The notes under the pieces were generated by a model. It ran no database searches and was not told where the DNA came from. It was given only the letters and a program-made list of their open reading frames with translations. The position numbers and the translations under genes are program-made. Source: Neoconidiobolus thromboides FSU 785 (lineage: Eukaryota > Fungi > Entomophthoromycota). From it: a stretch of 64,000 bases of DNA. The stretch is from positions 1,868 to 65,867 of the forward strand of contig MU626375.1 of NCBI GenBank assembly GCA_025603075.1, read 5' to 3'. Of the stretch, positions 1 to 11,446 are shown in pieces (positions within the stretch are counted from its first letter, which is position 1; each line of letters starts with the position of its first letter).

Positions 1-627
1 AATTCAAGTTCCGATATAACTTTAATAGTTAATTTCAACAGGATGTTCTGCTTTAATGGGGAAGAGTTACTTAACTAACTATAATTTACTACTGAAATAG
101 TAATATTATGCCTACAATTCATTTTGGCATAACTGATAATTCTAATGGGATGTTTTACTTTGTAAGTCAATTTAAAAAAGTGACTAAAATTCTCAGTAAA
201 AGTATTCTATTTGGATTTGAATTTCAATTTGTAGAGTTTGTTATTGATTAAAAATTTAGCAAAAAAAACTCCCGATGAGAATACCTACTTTAATTTTGTA
301 TACTTATCTTTTTTAAAATAGTATTGAGTGAAAAACATTAGTCAGCTTCCAAAACAAAAGAAGTTATGTCAAGTTGACATTTCATTTGAATTTGAAATCT
401 TTTCAATTATCTAAGATTAAGTTAAAATTGCTCCAAGCTTTGATTTAATATTAAACTTTATAAGCTTTGAACATACATTTAAAACAATATTAAAGAAACA
501 TTAGTTTCGTACTTAATATAATTAATGTAATAAATATTGCTTTTAATATATTGACAAATTGGAATTCCAACTGAATAATTTAATTTGGTATTAAACAAGT
601 ATAATGATTTTTTTTAGTATTAAATAG

Positions 628-729
628 TTATGGGAATGTTTTTTTGATTTCATTATCTTTTTCATTTTTTAAATGCTGTTTAAGTACAAAGATTGTTAGT
701 AGGATTCTTAAACAAATACATCTCCATAT
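628..729 (-). mobile_element. MITE copy (~105-bp family). For all copies, + means the copy reads ATATGGGGATGTATTTTTG first
   Basis: TATGGGAATGTTTTTTTG...AAATACATCTCCATAT; diverged copy of the repeat seen throughout the window. Confidence 0.8.
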
Positions 730-949
730 AGAACATTCAATTTAATATCGTCATGCAATTTAACATCAGAAATGGAAATAAATAAAGTTCAACTTTTAAT
801 TGGCTGGAAGGGAATTACTAAAAATGGTAGTATGCGTTAAAAAAAGGTTCAAGGATGAAAAGTCAAAATGAGCCTATAAAAGAGAAGTTCAGAACTAGAT
901 GATAAAGCAACTCACAAGTTTATTTTTTAATTGTTTTTTGAAGTTTTCA

Positions 950-1261
950 ATGGAAGAAGAAAAGGTAGAAAATGTATTGAGAGGGGAGTTTAATTGTGAT
1001 GAGTGTGCTCGACGCCATAAAAAATGTGATCGAAAGTTACCCAGTTGTAGTTATTGTATAAGTAAAAAAAAAGCATGTACTAAAAACAGAAAGTTAGTTA
1101 ATCGAAAAAAATTATATCAATTAGAAGATAAGTTATATAAATATAAATTGAATAAAAATCAAAAGAAAGAAAGTATACAACCTGATAAAAGAATTGTTTT
1201 TAAATATGAGAATCCAAAAGCCAATTTAAACTTTATTTTAGATGATAAAAAAGAGGTTTAA
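950..1261 (+). CDS. Short (103 aa) Zn(II)2Cys6 binuclear-cluster protein
   Basis: CDECARRHKKCDRKLPSCSYCISKKKAC fits C-X2-C-X6-C-X6-C-X2-C-X6-C, followed by a short heptad (LYQLEDKL). ATG at 950 (MEEEK) is preferred over 899. Confidence 0.75.
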   Translation: MEEEKVENVLRGEFNCDECARRHKKCDRKLPSCSYCISKKKACTKNRKLVNRKKLYQLEDKLYKYKLNKNQKKESIQPDKRIVFKYENPKANLNFILDDKKEV

Positions 1262-3093
1262 GTAATTTACTTTAATATTCATTAGTTGTCTTTTTTCTAT
1301 CAATCTTGTAAGTCTATCCTTTACCGAATTTCGTCTTGCCTTATTTTGTTCATCTTTTACTTACTATCTTCTATTACTCCTCCTATTTTCCTTTTGTTAA
1401 ATCTTAGTCACTATTCTCAAAATTAATATTATTTTTTATAAATGATGAATCATCTTATCTATTATTGTTGATGGAATATTGAAGCTTTTTAAATAATATA
1501 AATGAGATTAATAATAGTATTTTTTTAAACTTTGATTGACTTTAATTTGTAGTTATTAAACTTATAAAGAATATATTTAACTGTTAAACTAAGGAGTGAT
1601 ATTAAAGTTATTTTGTTTAATTCAAATAATATTGAATTGAGAATTATTAAGCTCAAATAGTTGACTGTATTTATTTTTTATATTATATACAAGATAAGTT
1701 TGATATAAAAATCCTTCAACCAATCAAAACGTAGTAAGATTTATTATCCCGATATTCACATTCGCGTCTAAAGATAATAGTTCACTATCAAGCATACATA
1801 GAACTATCCAAAATTTAGCTATGTGATTTAAAATTCATCCTTAATTATTACTTCCTTTTATCAACTTTATAAAAAAACAATGCTTTATTAGAATTTAAGT
1901 TCTAAATTTATAAGAGTTACATTATCTAAACTTTTAATAGTTGAAATTATAGTATTCTATTATACAATATTGAATTAAATAATAAACTATAGGTCAAGAA
2001 GATAAAATATCAAAAACAGTAACTTATTTTTTAATTTGCGTTGTTCTTTCTTTAAAATAAGGTTAAAATACTAAAAAGGATACTTATCTAGTTGTAAAAA
2101 TAGATCGCAATTTACTATTTACTACCTTAAATCAAATAACTTAATTCTAAAGACTGTTATTTGCCATTCACTAAACTTTCTATTTTTGGCTGTTTAAATG
2201 ATAGCACCATAAAATAATAAAAAACAAACTAATTGTTAAATCAAACTGTATAAAAATAACTATAATCATTAAAATTAAAGCTACTTTTCAAATTAAAAGT
2301 AAAATTCCCATTAGCATAGAAGTGACTCTGATGTAACTAAAGGAGGGAGAAAAATAAATTAATATAAATAAAAAAACTCCAAAATCAAAAGATTATTGAA
2401 GTATAAGTATTCAAGGTTACTATAAAACTTTTAAACTTATTAAACTAAATAGTCATAGCAAAAAAAAAGAAACTGTGGAGATGAGATATTAAAAAAGTTA
2501 CTGATAAAGTAAATCACAGTTTATTAGCTTTAGTAGCCTATATTAATAACAAATTGTTGGATTTTATTTTAAAATTTTAAAAAGCGATAATAATATTAGA
2601 AATAAGTAATTATAACTACTATAATTAGGAATCTTTTTTACTAATTATAAAAATCGTTAAAAGTTCTGTAAGCTATGTTTTGATTATCAAACACTTATAT
2701 TTTACACCTTTTTAATAAAAGTTTGTAATGATTTTTAAATGAATGTAAATTACCTTATAATTTTTTTATGAATTTAAAAATATTTGTTCAATATAAAACT
2801 CAGAAAACAAACACAATAGTTTATTAGTTTTCATAATGATATTTAAATATTAGCCAATTTCAATAAAAATCTTATACAATTATTATTAATACTAAAAAAC
2901 TTAATATAACAATTTTATGCTTTTAAAGTCATGGAATTATTCAAGAAGCTCTCCAGAGCATACAATTGCAACATTTAAGGTATATATTACATTTAAAAAG
3001 TAAAATATAGAGGTGCTTTAGTTTCACTCCTTTTAAGCAAAAAAAAAAAAAGATAATAGATTTTTTAAAAAAGAATATTTTTTGGATAATATA

Positions 3094-3167
3094 CGCTCAT
3101 AACTGGGATCGAACCAGTAACCTCCCGATTAACAGTCGGACGCGCTAGCCAATTGCGCCATACGAGC
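3094..3167 (-). tRNA. tRNA-Asn(GUU)
   Basis: Minus strand reads GCTCGTATGGCGCAATTGGCTAGCGCGTCCGACTGTTAATCGGGAGGTTACTGGTTCGATCCCAGTTATGAGCG: 7-bp acceptor stem, D arm, GTT anticodon, GGTTCGA T-loop, no intron. Confidence 0.97.
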
Positions 3168-3371
3168 TTCTCATACGACTTTCGTTGCTAAAATTTTTAT
3201 TTAAAATATTAAATAATTCCATAATTTTCAGTTTTGATTTATATAAAACAATTTAGATTTAAATATATAAAAGACATTAAATTTTCTACCTATATAATTG
3301 TCAATTTTTAAACTTAAATTTAAATAATTTATTGTTGTAAAATAATAAAGTATCATCAATTGTTCCATTAT

Positions 3372-4862
3372 TTAAGCAGGACTAAGGATACTTGGATAAA
3401 CTGCAAGTATCTTATTATAAACCTTTTGGTTATTGTTTTTAAGAACCTCAGGTTCTTCAGCTAAACAAACGAAGAAAGCAGAGCTAGCAGCCTCGATAAT
3501 TTCACCAAAAACAATAAACACAGATATAGCCATAAAAAAAGCAGCGAACATGGTACCTACTACTACAACGTATTCTCCATCATCAACATTTCTAGTTCCA
3601 AAATGTATATAAAGATAAGTAAATCCTATTGATATCAAACCAACTATAAAGGAACCTAAACTTAATACATTTGAGATAAGACTGTCGTTAATTATTGCAT
3701 CAACCCCTCTTGATTTAATCAATGTCATGGTTGCTTTGCCACCTTCAATAAAAGAGGTACCATAAATGGCACAATAAGTGTAAGCAAATGAATTGAAAAA
3801 CTCAATTATGCCTTCAATGCAAGATAAGCAACAACCAATACAACAACCAATAAAAGATAAGCATCCATTTGTGTTGCTAGTAAATATATGAACAATAGCT
3901 TTAATAAATTTAATGATTGAAATTAACATTGAGCCAAAACAAATGGAACCAAATGAAGTGGTTACAGCTCTACCAAGTGAGGATAAAGTGGCCCAAGAAG
4001 ATTGTTGACTAAAATAATCAAATCCAAATGTACCTGCAACAGTAAGATGAACAATATCTTTTAATACTTGAAGTGTCCAACATACTGAAAAAAGGGCAAA
4101 TACAAATATTCCCCACATATAACCAGGTGCTTTGAAGATGCATTTTACCGCTGCTATACCTTTGCTATCATCACAAGTTGAATTATAATTGATTAAACTA
4201 AAAGTGAGAATTATGAAAGAGGCAAAGTAGGCTAATTGAAATACTAAAAATAATAATCCAATAAGCACTGTAGATGGGTATTTACCAGTAAATTTAGCTA
4301 CTACTTTTAAAATCTGTTTTGTGAGCTCAATTCGATTACGCCAAAAAAACCAACATAATAAGTCAATTATCAATACAAAGCCGGCTCCAGCACACACATA
4401 ATATTGACCAAAATAGGCCGCTGCTCCAATGGTACCAATAGATGCTAAACATATAAATATGAAGGATAATTGGATTAATAAACCAGGGAGGAAGCGAATC
4501 ATTGTGATATATAGTATTGAAGCAAAAACGGCAGTAATTCCGGAAATACTCATCCCAATCAATATATCCTTATGAATTAAAACGGTCTGCCCCGTTTTAA
4601 AAGCAGCTAAATTAGTCAATTTTAAGGTGTAGATTAATATTCCAATATAACTCCCTAAATGAATCATAAATAAAACCAAAGCCCATAAATCATTCCAACT
4701 TCGAGTGGCATTGAACTTCCGTGCTCTTTCTAAGTCTTGGTAGTTACTCTTTTCGCTATAGTTTGTTAAACCCACAATTTGACTTATCTCTTCATATTGG
4801 GGACCATCTAAACTTGGTTTGCGATCAAAATACGCTTTTGGGGGGCTCATCTGTTTGCTCAT
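3372..4862 (-). CDS. PNS1: Choline transporter-like (CTL/SLC44) multi-pass membrane protein
   Basis: 496 aa, many TM segments, family motifs SFGSICFGS, Cys-rich GCLSFIGCCIGCCL, YTYCAIYGTSF, IINDSL. Confidence 0.9.
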   Translation of the reverse strand: MSKQMSPPKAYFDRKPSLDGPQYEEISQIVGLTNYSEKSNYQDLERARKFNATRSWNDLWALVLFMIHLGSYIGILIYTLKLTNLAAFKTGQTVLIHKDILIGMSISGITAVFASILYITMIRFLPGLLIQLSFIFICLASIGTIGAAAYFGQYYVCAGAGFVLIIDLLCWFFWRNRIELTKQILKVVAKFTGKYPSTVLIGLLFLVFQLAYFASFIILTFSLINYNSTCDDSKGIAAVKCIFKAPGYMWGIFVFALFSVCWTLQVLKDIVHLTVAGTFGFDYFSQQSSWATLSSLGRAVTTSFGSICFGSMLISIIKFIKAIVHIFTSNTNGCLSFIGCCIGCCLSCIEGIIEFFNSFAYTYCAIYGTSFIEGGKATMTLIKSRGVDAIINDSLISNVLSLGSFIVGLISIGFTYLYIHFGTRNVDDGEYVVVVGTMFAAFFMAISVFIVFGEIIEAASSAFFVCLAEEPEVLKNNNQKVYNKILAVYPSILSPA

Positions 4863-5582
4863 TTTAAGAATATCAAATTCTTCTATTTTCTCAAAAAAAA
4901 GTTAAATATTTATTAAATTTTATAGTGGAGATGTTTGAGTTTTATATAGTTTTTAATTTATGTCAATTTATTTTAATGGGTTCCAAGTTTGGTAAATTCA
5001 TTCGTAGCTGATGAATTTTAATTAATTGGTTCTGTTGCCTTTTAATCCTTATTCTCTTGTTTAGCTATTTTATTGCATATCTTAATACTATCGAAAATTA
5101 AATAATTTTATTATCACTGTAAATTTATTAAAATAATGTGAATTATAAATAATTGAACAGTGAGTATTTTTATACAAAAGGATGTAAATGTATACTATTG
5201 TATTAATATTAATATTATTAGTATAAAATTAAAAAGTAGCCGCTTTTTAATAGTTCCTTAATAATAGTATATTAATTTATTTTTAATTATTACAAACTAT
5301 GATTGTTGTTCTAATAGCATGTCATTAAAACACAGATTTTAATTCACATATAAAACAAGTCAACCTACTAATTAGAACTAAACATTGTTATTATATAAAA
5401 TTTCTACTTAACTCATAAACTATATACAATAATTCAAATAGGCTTTATAACTTATCTTTTTAATAACTTATGTAAACTATACTATTATTTATTACATTTA
5501 AACAAAATCAAGCAAAGCATAAATAGGGAACATAAAAACAGATACAACAAACATTGCCATAAACAAACTAAAATCAAACCCT

Positions 5583-7295
5583 TCATTTGATCTTAGCTTT
5601 CAAATACTCTAAAATAATTTGAATTAACCTTAGATTAATTTGGGCAACAAGCTTAGTACAGGGCAATTGACCTAAAGCTTTGAGAAAATTTAATCCTTTT
5701 TGGGTCATCGCTTGATTCTTTCCTTCTTTGTCTCCGTGTCTTACCATAAAAACTAAGCAGAAAGCGATAAGAGAAGCGTCAAAATCAAGGGTATACCGAC
5801 GATTTAATAAAATGGCATATTCTATAACAGAATAGCATTCAGAGAGGGCAAGAGATAAATAATTTGGGCCTAATAACGGAATATTATTATTGAGTGAGGT
5901 CTGATAAAGTGATTGAAATTTAGGGTGACAAAATTGGATTGAAAATAGGAGAAAATGATTAAAATGGAAAAAAAGATGAATACTATGCTGGTAATTTATA
6001 ATTGCCGTAATTAAGCTTTGGTTCTGTAAAAAAGACAAAATATCATCGTAAAAGGTAATATAGTTATCCTTGATTAAAGTCAACTGTTGTGATAATTTAA
6101 AAGCAAAAACTCCAAGGTGAATAGGGTCCATTTGTTGATCTAAATAATTGTGTTTAAATAAACGAAATGAGAACAATAGCTCACCTAAATCATAGTAAAA
6201 CCCTATTAGTTTTAAAAGACAGTATTGTTTTACTTGTTGATCAACATGATAAAATTTGTAACCTTGTCTTTTTATCTTTGTTTGATAGCATTTGTATAGT
6301 CGTATCAACTCGTAGGGTTTATCTATTTTTGCTACAAAAGACCCGAAAGTCAATAACATTACATTATAAACCATATGTAAGATAGTATATGCTGTTGCCC
6401 TTTCCTTCCTTAAGCTCCTACTTAGCCATTTAGGTGCCTGATTTAGCTGCAAAATAAAGCTACTTCTATAGCAATGGGCTAATAGAATTTCCTTGATACT
6501 AATAACCCAAGGAAAAAAGCTAAGGCTAGTGATAGCAATGAGGACTACTTGAATCATAGTTAAACTTGATTTTATTCGATGTACTTTGGATAATAATGCA
6601 AACAACTTGACTTCAAAAAAACTCATCAAAGCTTTGACTTCGGGTGTCTGTTCCATCCAACTTAATCCACAAACCAAAATAGTTATCTGTAAACTTTGAC
6701 TTTTTGTTGTAAATTGAAATTCAGTTTCGTCAAATAAAGGTAATATCTTATTATTGTATATAAAATAATTATCAAAGGCTTGCTTTAACACATTATTGAT
6801 ATTAGTTGGTATTATTGAAGGTAGTTTCGGTTTGATTAATTCTTTTTTTGGCTTTAATATAAGTAAATCTAGTTTCTGAGTAAGCGTTAAAAATAGTGAT
6901 ATACCCTGGTTAGGAATAAATGGGGATGGGTTTTGAATCAAATTGGTCAAGTTTTCCAACACACTTTTTCTTGGGAACTTATGAAAAACACCTAATACTG
7001 AATATGAATATCCATAATCTTTGGGTGACTTTGGAATAGTTATTTCAGTTACTAGCGAAAACTGATGATTGTTATCCACATGATTTATTCTTCTTTTATT
7101 CATTGCCAATATATTTCTTTTATTTTCTCCTTTTACCTTTGTATATATTATAGTCCTATTTAATGTGCACGGCAGTTTTTTTTTAATACAATTATTACAG
7201 AGGGGTAGCACTCTATCACATTTTAAATGGCTTTGTGTGCACTGATCACATCGATGCGCCCTTACTTTTATGCTTAAATTAGCTGAATCTTCCAT
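5583..7295 (-). CDS. Zn(II)2Cys6 transcription factor, intronless long family
   Basis: N-terminal CDQC...C cluster; QNPSPF and YF..N..PLF motifs shared with the paralogs in this window. Confidence 0.9.
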   Translation of the reverse strand: MEDSANLSIKVRAHRCDQCTQSHLKCDRVLPLCNNCIKKKLPCTLNRTIIYTKVKGENKRNILAMNKRRINHVDNNHQFSLVTEITIPKSPKDYGYSYSVLGVFHKFPRKSVLENLTNLIQNPSPFIPNQGISLFLTLTQKLDLLILKPKKELIKPKLPSIIPTNINNVLKQAFDNYFIYNNKILPLFDETEFQFTTKSQSLQITILVCGLSWMEQTPEVKALMSFFEVKLFALLSKVHRIKSSLTMIQVVLIAITSLSFFPWVISIKEILLAHCYRSSFILQLNQAPKWLSRSLRKERATAYTILHMVYNVMLLTFGSFVAKIDKPYELIRLYKCYQTKIKRQGYKFYHVDQQVKQYCLLKLIGFYYDLGELLFSFRLFKHNYLDQQMDPIHLGVFAFKLSQQLTLIKDNYITFYDDILSFLQNQSLITAIINYQHSIHLFFHFNHFLLFSIQFCHPKFQSLYQTSLNNNIPLLGPNYLSLALSECYSVIEYAILLNRRYTLDFDASLIAFCLVFMVRHGDKEGKNQAMTQKGLNFLKALGQLPCTKLVAQINLRLIQIILEYLKAKIK

Positions 7296-7992
7296 TCAAA
7301 ATTAACTATATGGTTGATTAGTTATAGCCTCTTTTCAGTTTTACTCTCTTGCTTAAAAAAAAGAAAAAAAAGTTTATATCACTTTAACCTGTTCCAGACT
7401 AGATGTGGTCAATTATTAAATATTGGCGAATGATCATAGGCTAAATTTAACTAAATTGACAAAAATGTCACTTTTACTGTATCCAAGCATATAAAACTAA
7501 ATGCTGGATAAAATTATAAACCAATTGTATTAAAGAAAACTAATAGAACATTTAATTTTTTATTAATAATACAAAAAAATATAATAAATTGGTTCAGTAT
7601 AATAAGTAGGATGGTATTAAAAGATTATCTTTTATTCTCTTTAAGCATTTTATAATAACCTTTGTTATTGCTATTGATTTGTGCTACTCACTTGAAGACT
7701 TTTTAAACTTTGAGTTTTGACTTATGGCCAAACTCCATATAAAACTTGAAAAAAGCAACTATAAGTTATAAAATATATTTCATAATATTTGCTTTAAGAG
7801 TAAATGTTCTTGATTTATGTACTAAATTTGGTACGATGAAATAATAGCTGTTTAATTTATTTACTTATTACATGTTCTGAGTTACGATAAACCGAATTTC
7901 ACTATAATATTGCTTTTAGCTCCTATTAAAGATACACTCAATTTATCTAATTATTTCATTAACAAAGTATTATAACACAAAACTGCTCTCTT

Positions 7993-9717
7993 CTAACTTA
8001 TTTCTTTTCTATAAAACCCTGCCACAATTTCAATTAACCTTAAATTAATTCTGGCTGATTGCTGTTTACATGGGAGAGTAGCCATAAAATTAATAAACTT
8101 AATGCCTTCCTTTAGCTTCTCTTGATTTAATGGATTGAGATATCCAAATCTCAGGATAAGCATCATGCTTAGCGTGATATTAGGACAATCTAAAGTCAAT
8201 GAGAATTTATGACACAAATAGTTAGCATGTTGGATCATGAGATAACAATGTGATAATAGCTGGTGAATAACAGTAACTTGATTGGACTTTAGTTTTACTT
8301 TAGAGTTGGTGTTCCAATCTCGATACTCTGGACTGTAACACTGAAATAGGTAAACAAGATTCGCAGTGGAATGAAAGAAGAAATAAACGCAATTACAAGC
8401 TTGTTCAATTAATTCTATCAACTCTGAGTTAACAACATATTTCAATACATGCTTAAAATGTTTGATATATTTTTCCCGAATTTTGATTAACCTTGTTATC
8501 AACTTCAGTGCTATCCTATCTATTTGTGATTGGTCTATATCCTGTCGAATGTTTGTTTCTTTATAAATCCGTAAATAACAATTAAATTCAGAAAGTTCGA
8601 TATAAAATGAAGTAATATTAACTATATGATATGTTTTAACTTGCTCGATTTGGTTATAAAATTTAAATGGGTCTAGCTTAATTTTATTCTCAAATTGCTC
8701 TAACTTTCTATTAAGTTGCTTTGGCTTATTTGGAAATGTAAAATAAGAACCAAATATAACTAAAGACATTGAATAGTAAGCATTTAATAAACAATAAGTA
8801 TGTGCACGGTTGTATTTAAGCTTTGTATTAAAATAAGATGGTGATTGATCTAAAGAGAGTATTGAAGAAATTCTATAACAATGAAAAATAAAAAAATGAA
8901 CGTAAGGGCCAACCCATTTAAAATTTGTTAATCCAGTAAGAGTTAAAAGTAAAATTTGCACATTTTCTAAGCTTGCTTTGATATTTGATATTTTGCTTAA
9001 ATATTTAAATAATTTACCTTCATAACATGATATTAATTTATTTACAAGTGGTGTCCTCTTCATCCACAGTAATCCGCAAGAGATGATCGTTAGCTTTAAA
9101 TAAAAGGATAGCGGCTTAAAGTTAAATCCGGCTTTAATGAATAATGGGAAATATTCGTTGTTATATCTAAAGTAGTTCTCTATTGCTTGTTTGAAAATGA
9201 CTCTAATTTCATTAAGTTGGTATCTTTCTTTATGTAGTTCATTTTCAATATTATTTTGCTGTATAGTGCCTCCACTCAATTTCCGTATAATAGTAACTAA
9301 TAGGGAGTTACTTTTGATATGAGAAAACGGGGAAGGGCATTGTACTAAAGTCATTAAGTTTTCGAATCGAACTTTATCTTTGAAACTAATATAATATTTG
9401 AATATCAATGAGTTACTTTTAAACTTAGGGGTTAAAACTTTTGATGGGCTAGGTAAATAATAAGGTTCAAGTTTTAACTGTAACTTATGGCTCATCTTTT
9501 CATTTGGATTGAAATCAAAATCAACCTGGTTGCTTGGTGTCAACTTGAACTTGTTCATATTTTGATTATCGTTATTTCGTTTTTTGACGTTAATTATTTT
9601 CCTATTCAGTGTGCACTCTCTGTTTCTTTTTACGCATTCTAAGCACCTTGGCAACACCTTGTTGCATTTTTTATGGTTTTTAGTACATTGATCACAGCTA
9701 TAAACTCTAATTTCCAT
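7993..9717 (-). CDS. Zn(II)2Cys6 transcription factor, intronless long family
   Basis: CDQCTKNHKKCNKVLPRCLECVKRNREC; most similar by eye to 46370..48097. Confidence 0.9.
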   Translation of the reverse strand: MEIRVYSCDQCTKNHKKCNKVLPRCLECVKRNRECTLNRKIINVKKRNNDNQNMNKFKLTPSNQVDFDFNPNEKMSHKLQLKLEPYYLPSPSKVLTPKFKSNSLIFKYYISFKDKVRFENLMTLVQCPSPFSHIKSNSLLVTIIRKLSGGTIQQNNIENELHKERYQLNEIRVIFKQAIENYFRYNNEYFPLFIKAGFNFKPLSFYLKLTIISCGLLWMKRTPLVNKLISCYEGKLFKYLSKISNIKASLENVQILLLTLTGLTNFKWVGPYVHFFIFHCYRISSILSLDQSPSYFNTKLKYNRAHTYCLLNAYYSMSLVIFGSYFTFPNKPKQLNRKLEQFENKIKLDPFKFYNQIEQVKTYHIVNITSFYIELSEFNCYLRIYKETNIRQDIDQSQIDRIALKLITRLIKIREKYIKHFKHVLKYVVNSELIELIEQACNCVYFFFHSTANLVYLFQCYSPEYRDWNTNSKVKLKSNQVTVIHQLLSHCYLMIQHANYLCHKFSLTLDCPNITLSMMLILRFGYLNPLNQEKLKEGIKFINFMATLPCKQQSARINLRLIEIVAGFYRKEIS

Positions 9718-9886
9718 TCTGATAAATTAAAAAAATCTCACCTTGAAATTTATCAATTCACTAAATTCCTCATAATCAGTTTAATAGCCTTTTATTAGCA
9801 TTCTTGATACTGTTTCGATTAAAAAAGGAAAAAGTAAGCTTCTACTTCTCTATAAATTCGCTTAAATAGCTTTTTTAAAATAACGC

Positions 9887-10000
9887 ATAGGGGTGTTTTT
9901 TTGGCTTCATCACTTTTTCCATCTTTTAAGCACTATTTGAGCGGAAAAATTGTTAGTAAAATTGTTAGTAAAACTGTTAAACATAAAAATACACCCTCAA
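9887..10000 (-). mobile_element. MITE copy with an internal 12-bp tandem duplication (TTGTTAGTAAAA x2)
   Basis: GGGGTGTTTTTTTGGCTTCAT...AAAATACACCCTCA. Confidence 0.85.
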
Positions 10001-11446
10001 CAATGGTTCTTAAATTTTATTTTGGTAACAAATCAAAAGTAAGAGACTTTTTATATTTGGTATAAATTGAAGTGCTGATTGTTTATTAGTAATAGGGTTT
10101 TCATATAAGTTTATTGGTTAGTAGTTATGATATTTATAACTCAAGTATAAATACAATGGTATATTCTAAACAAAACGGATTACATTTTTGGTAGGATATA
10201 CTCGAGTTAACTTCTTATTTAACAAAGTTAATAGTCTCTACTTTTTATAGCTTGGCTTTCATTTTAGATGCTCTTATAAAATTTGATAATTTGTTTATTC
10301 AAGATCAATAAATTAGTATAAAGAAATAAAAGTTATTTTTATTTTATTTCATTTTGATAAATAGAATTTTCTTATATGTTCAGTTGTATTAAATTAATAT
10401 ATTTATAAAATATCACTATTGATTATTTCTAGATTTAGATACAAGGGGTAACTATATTCAAAATGGAAACGTCCTATTATATCTTAAGTAAAAAATTAAA
10501 TAAAAAATTATTGTCTATACAATACTACTCTAAGTTATAAATATGAATACAAACATATAATTTTATATTTGTTTAAACATTTTATAGATATAAATATTTT
10601 AATACTGTTACTACTCTGAGGCATTTTAAAATATTACAAAAACAACATTTATAAATAAACTGATTGTTCAAACTCCAAAATCGATTTTAAATCAGCGAAA
10701 ATGCTATGTTAATAATGATATTATATTAGCAATAGTATTTATAACCATAATTGACAAATATACTACTACTATTTACCTGTTAATTTATTATAATAAACTA
10801 CTAAAGCCATCTTTAGCTTTTAGTTAATATTATATAAATCAAATGTTATAAAATCAACCTTTTTATTTTATTATATAAACTAAGTCAAACCGTAATTACT
10901 ATCATATAATCTGTGAGAATTCTTAACAAAAATTATTGTAGGATCGAAAGCCTAGCGTTAATCTTAGAATTTAATTAATACAATCAGTCCATAAAAAGCA
11001 ACTGGATATTATTAAACCTGAATAATAAATGAAACCTGGATCAAATAACTAAAGTGATAGAAATAATTGACTTATCACGTTCACCGAGGTTGGCAGATGT
11101 AACATAAATACAAATATATTATGATTTCAGTTTCATCTTTGATTATTACTTTAAATAGCAGTAACAACAATCACTGTCATTTCTCAATAAAAATAAACCG
11201 GTCTATTTTTTTAGTTCTCACTTTAGCTTCCTAATTTGGCAAAAATGGCAAGTATCAATAAGTAGAACTTCAATTATGAAGTAGCCACAATGACAAGAGG
11301 TATCCTTTACAATGGAATATTAGCAGAATCAATAAGCTGCAGGTAAATGAAATCGAGGTCTTAAATTAGTATAAATAGTAGTTGCATTACTGTTTCATTA
11401 AAATATTAAATTCGTTTTTATACATCCTGTGTTAAGTTAAAATAGG

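Noticed and set aside
6167-6385. Short track ORFs antisense to or overlapping real genes (also 11787, 12436, 28928, 32086, 34914, 35172, 35188, 47917, 52529, 53429, 53448, 53614, 54348, 55069)
   Set aside because: Shadow frames of confident genes, with no motifs of their own
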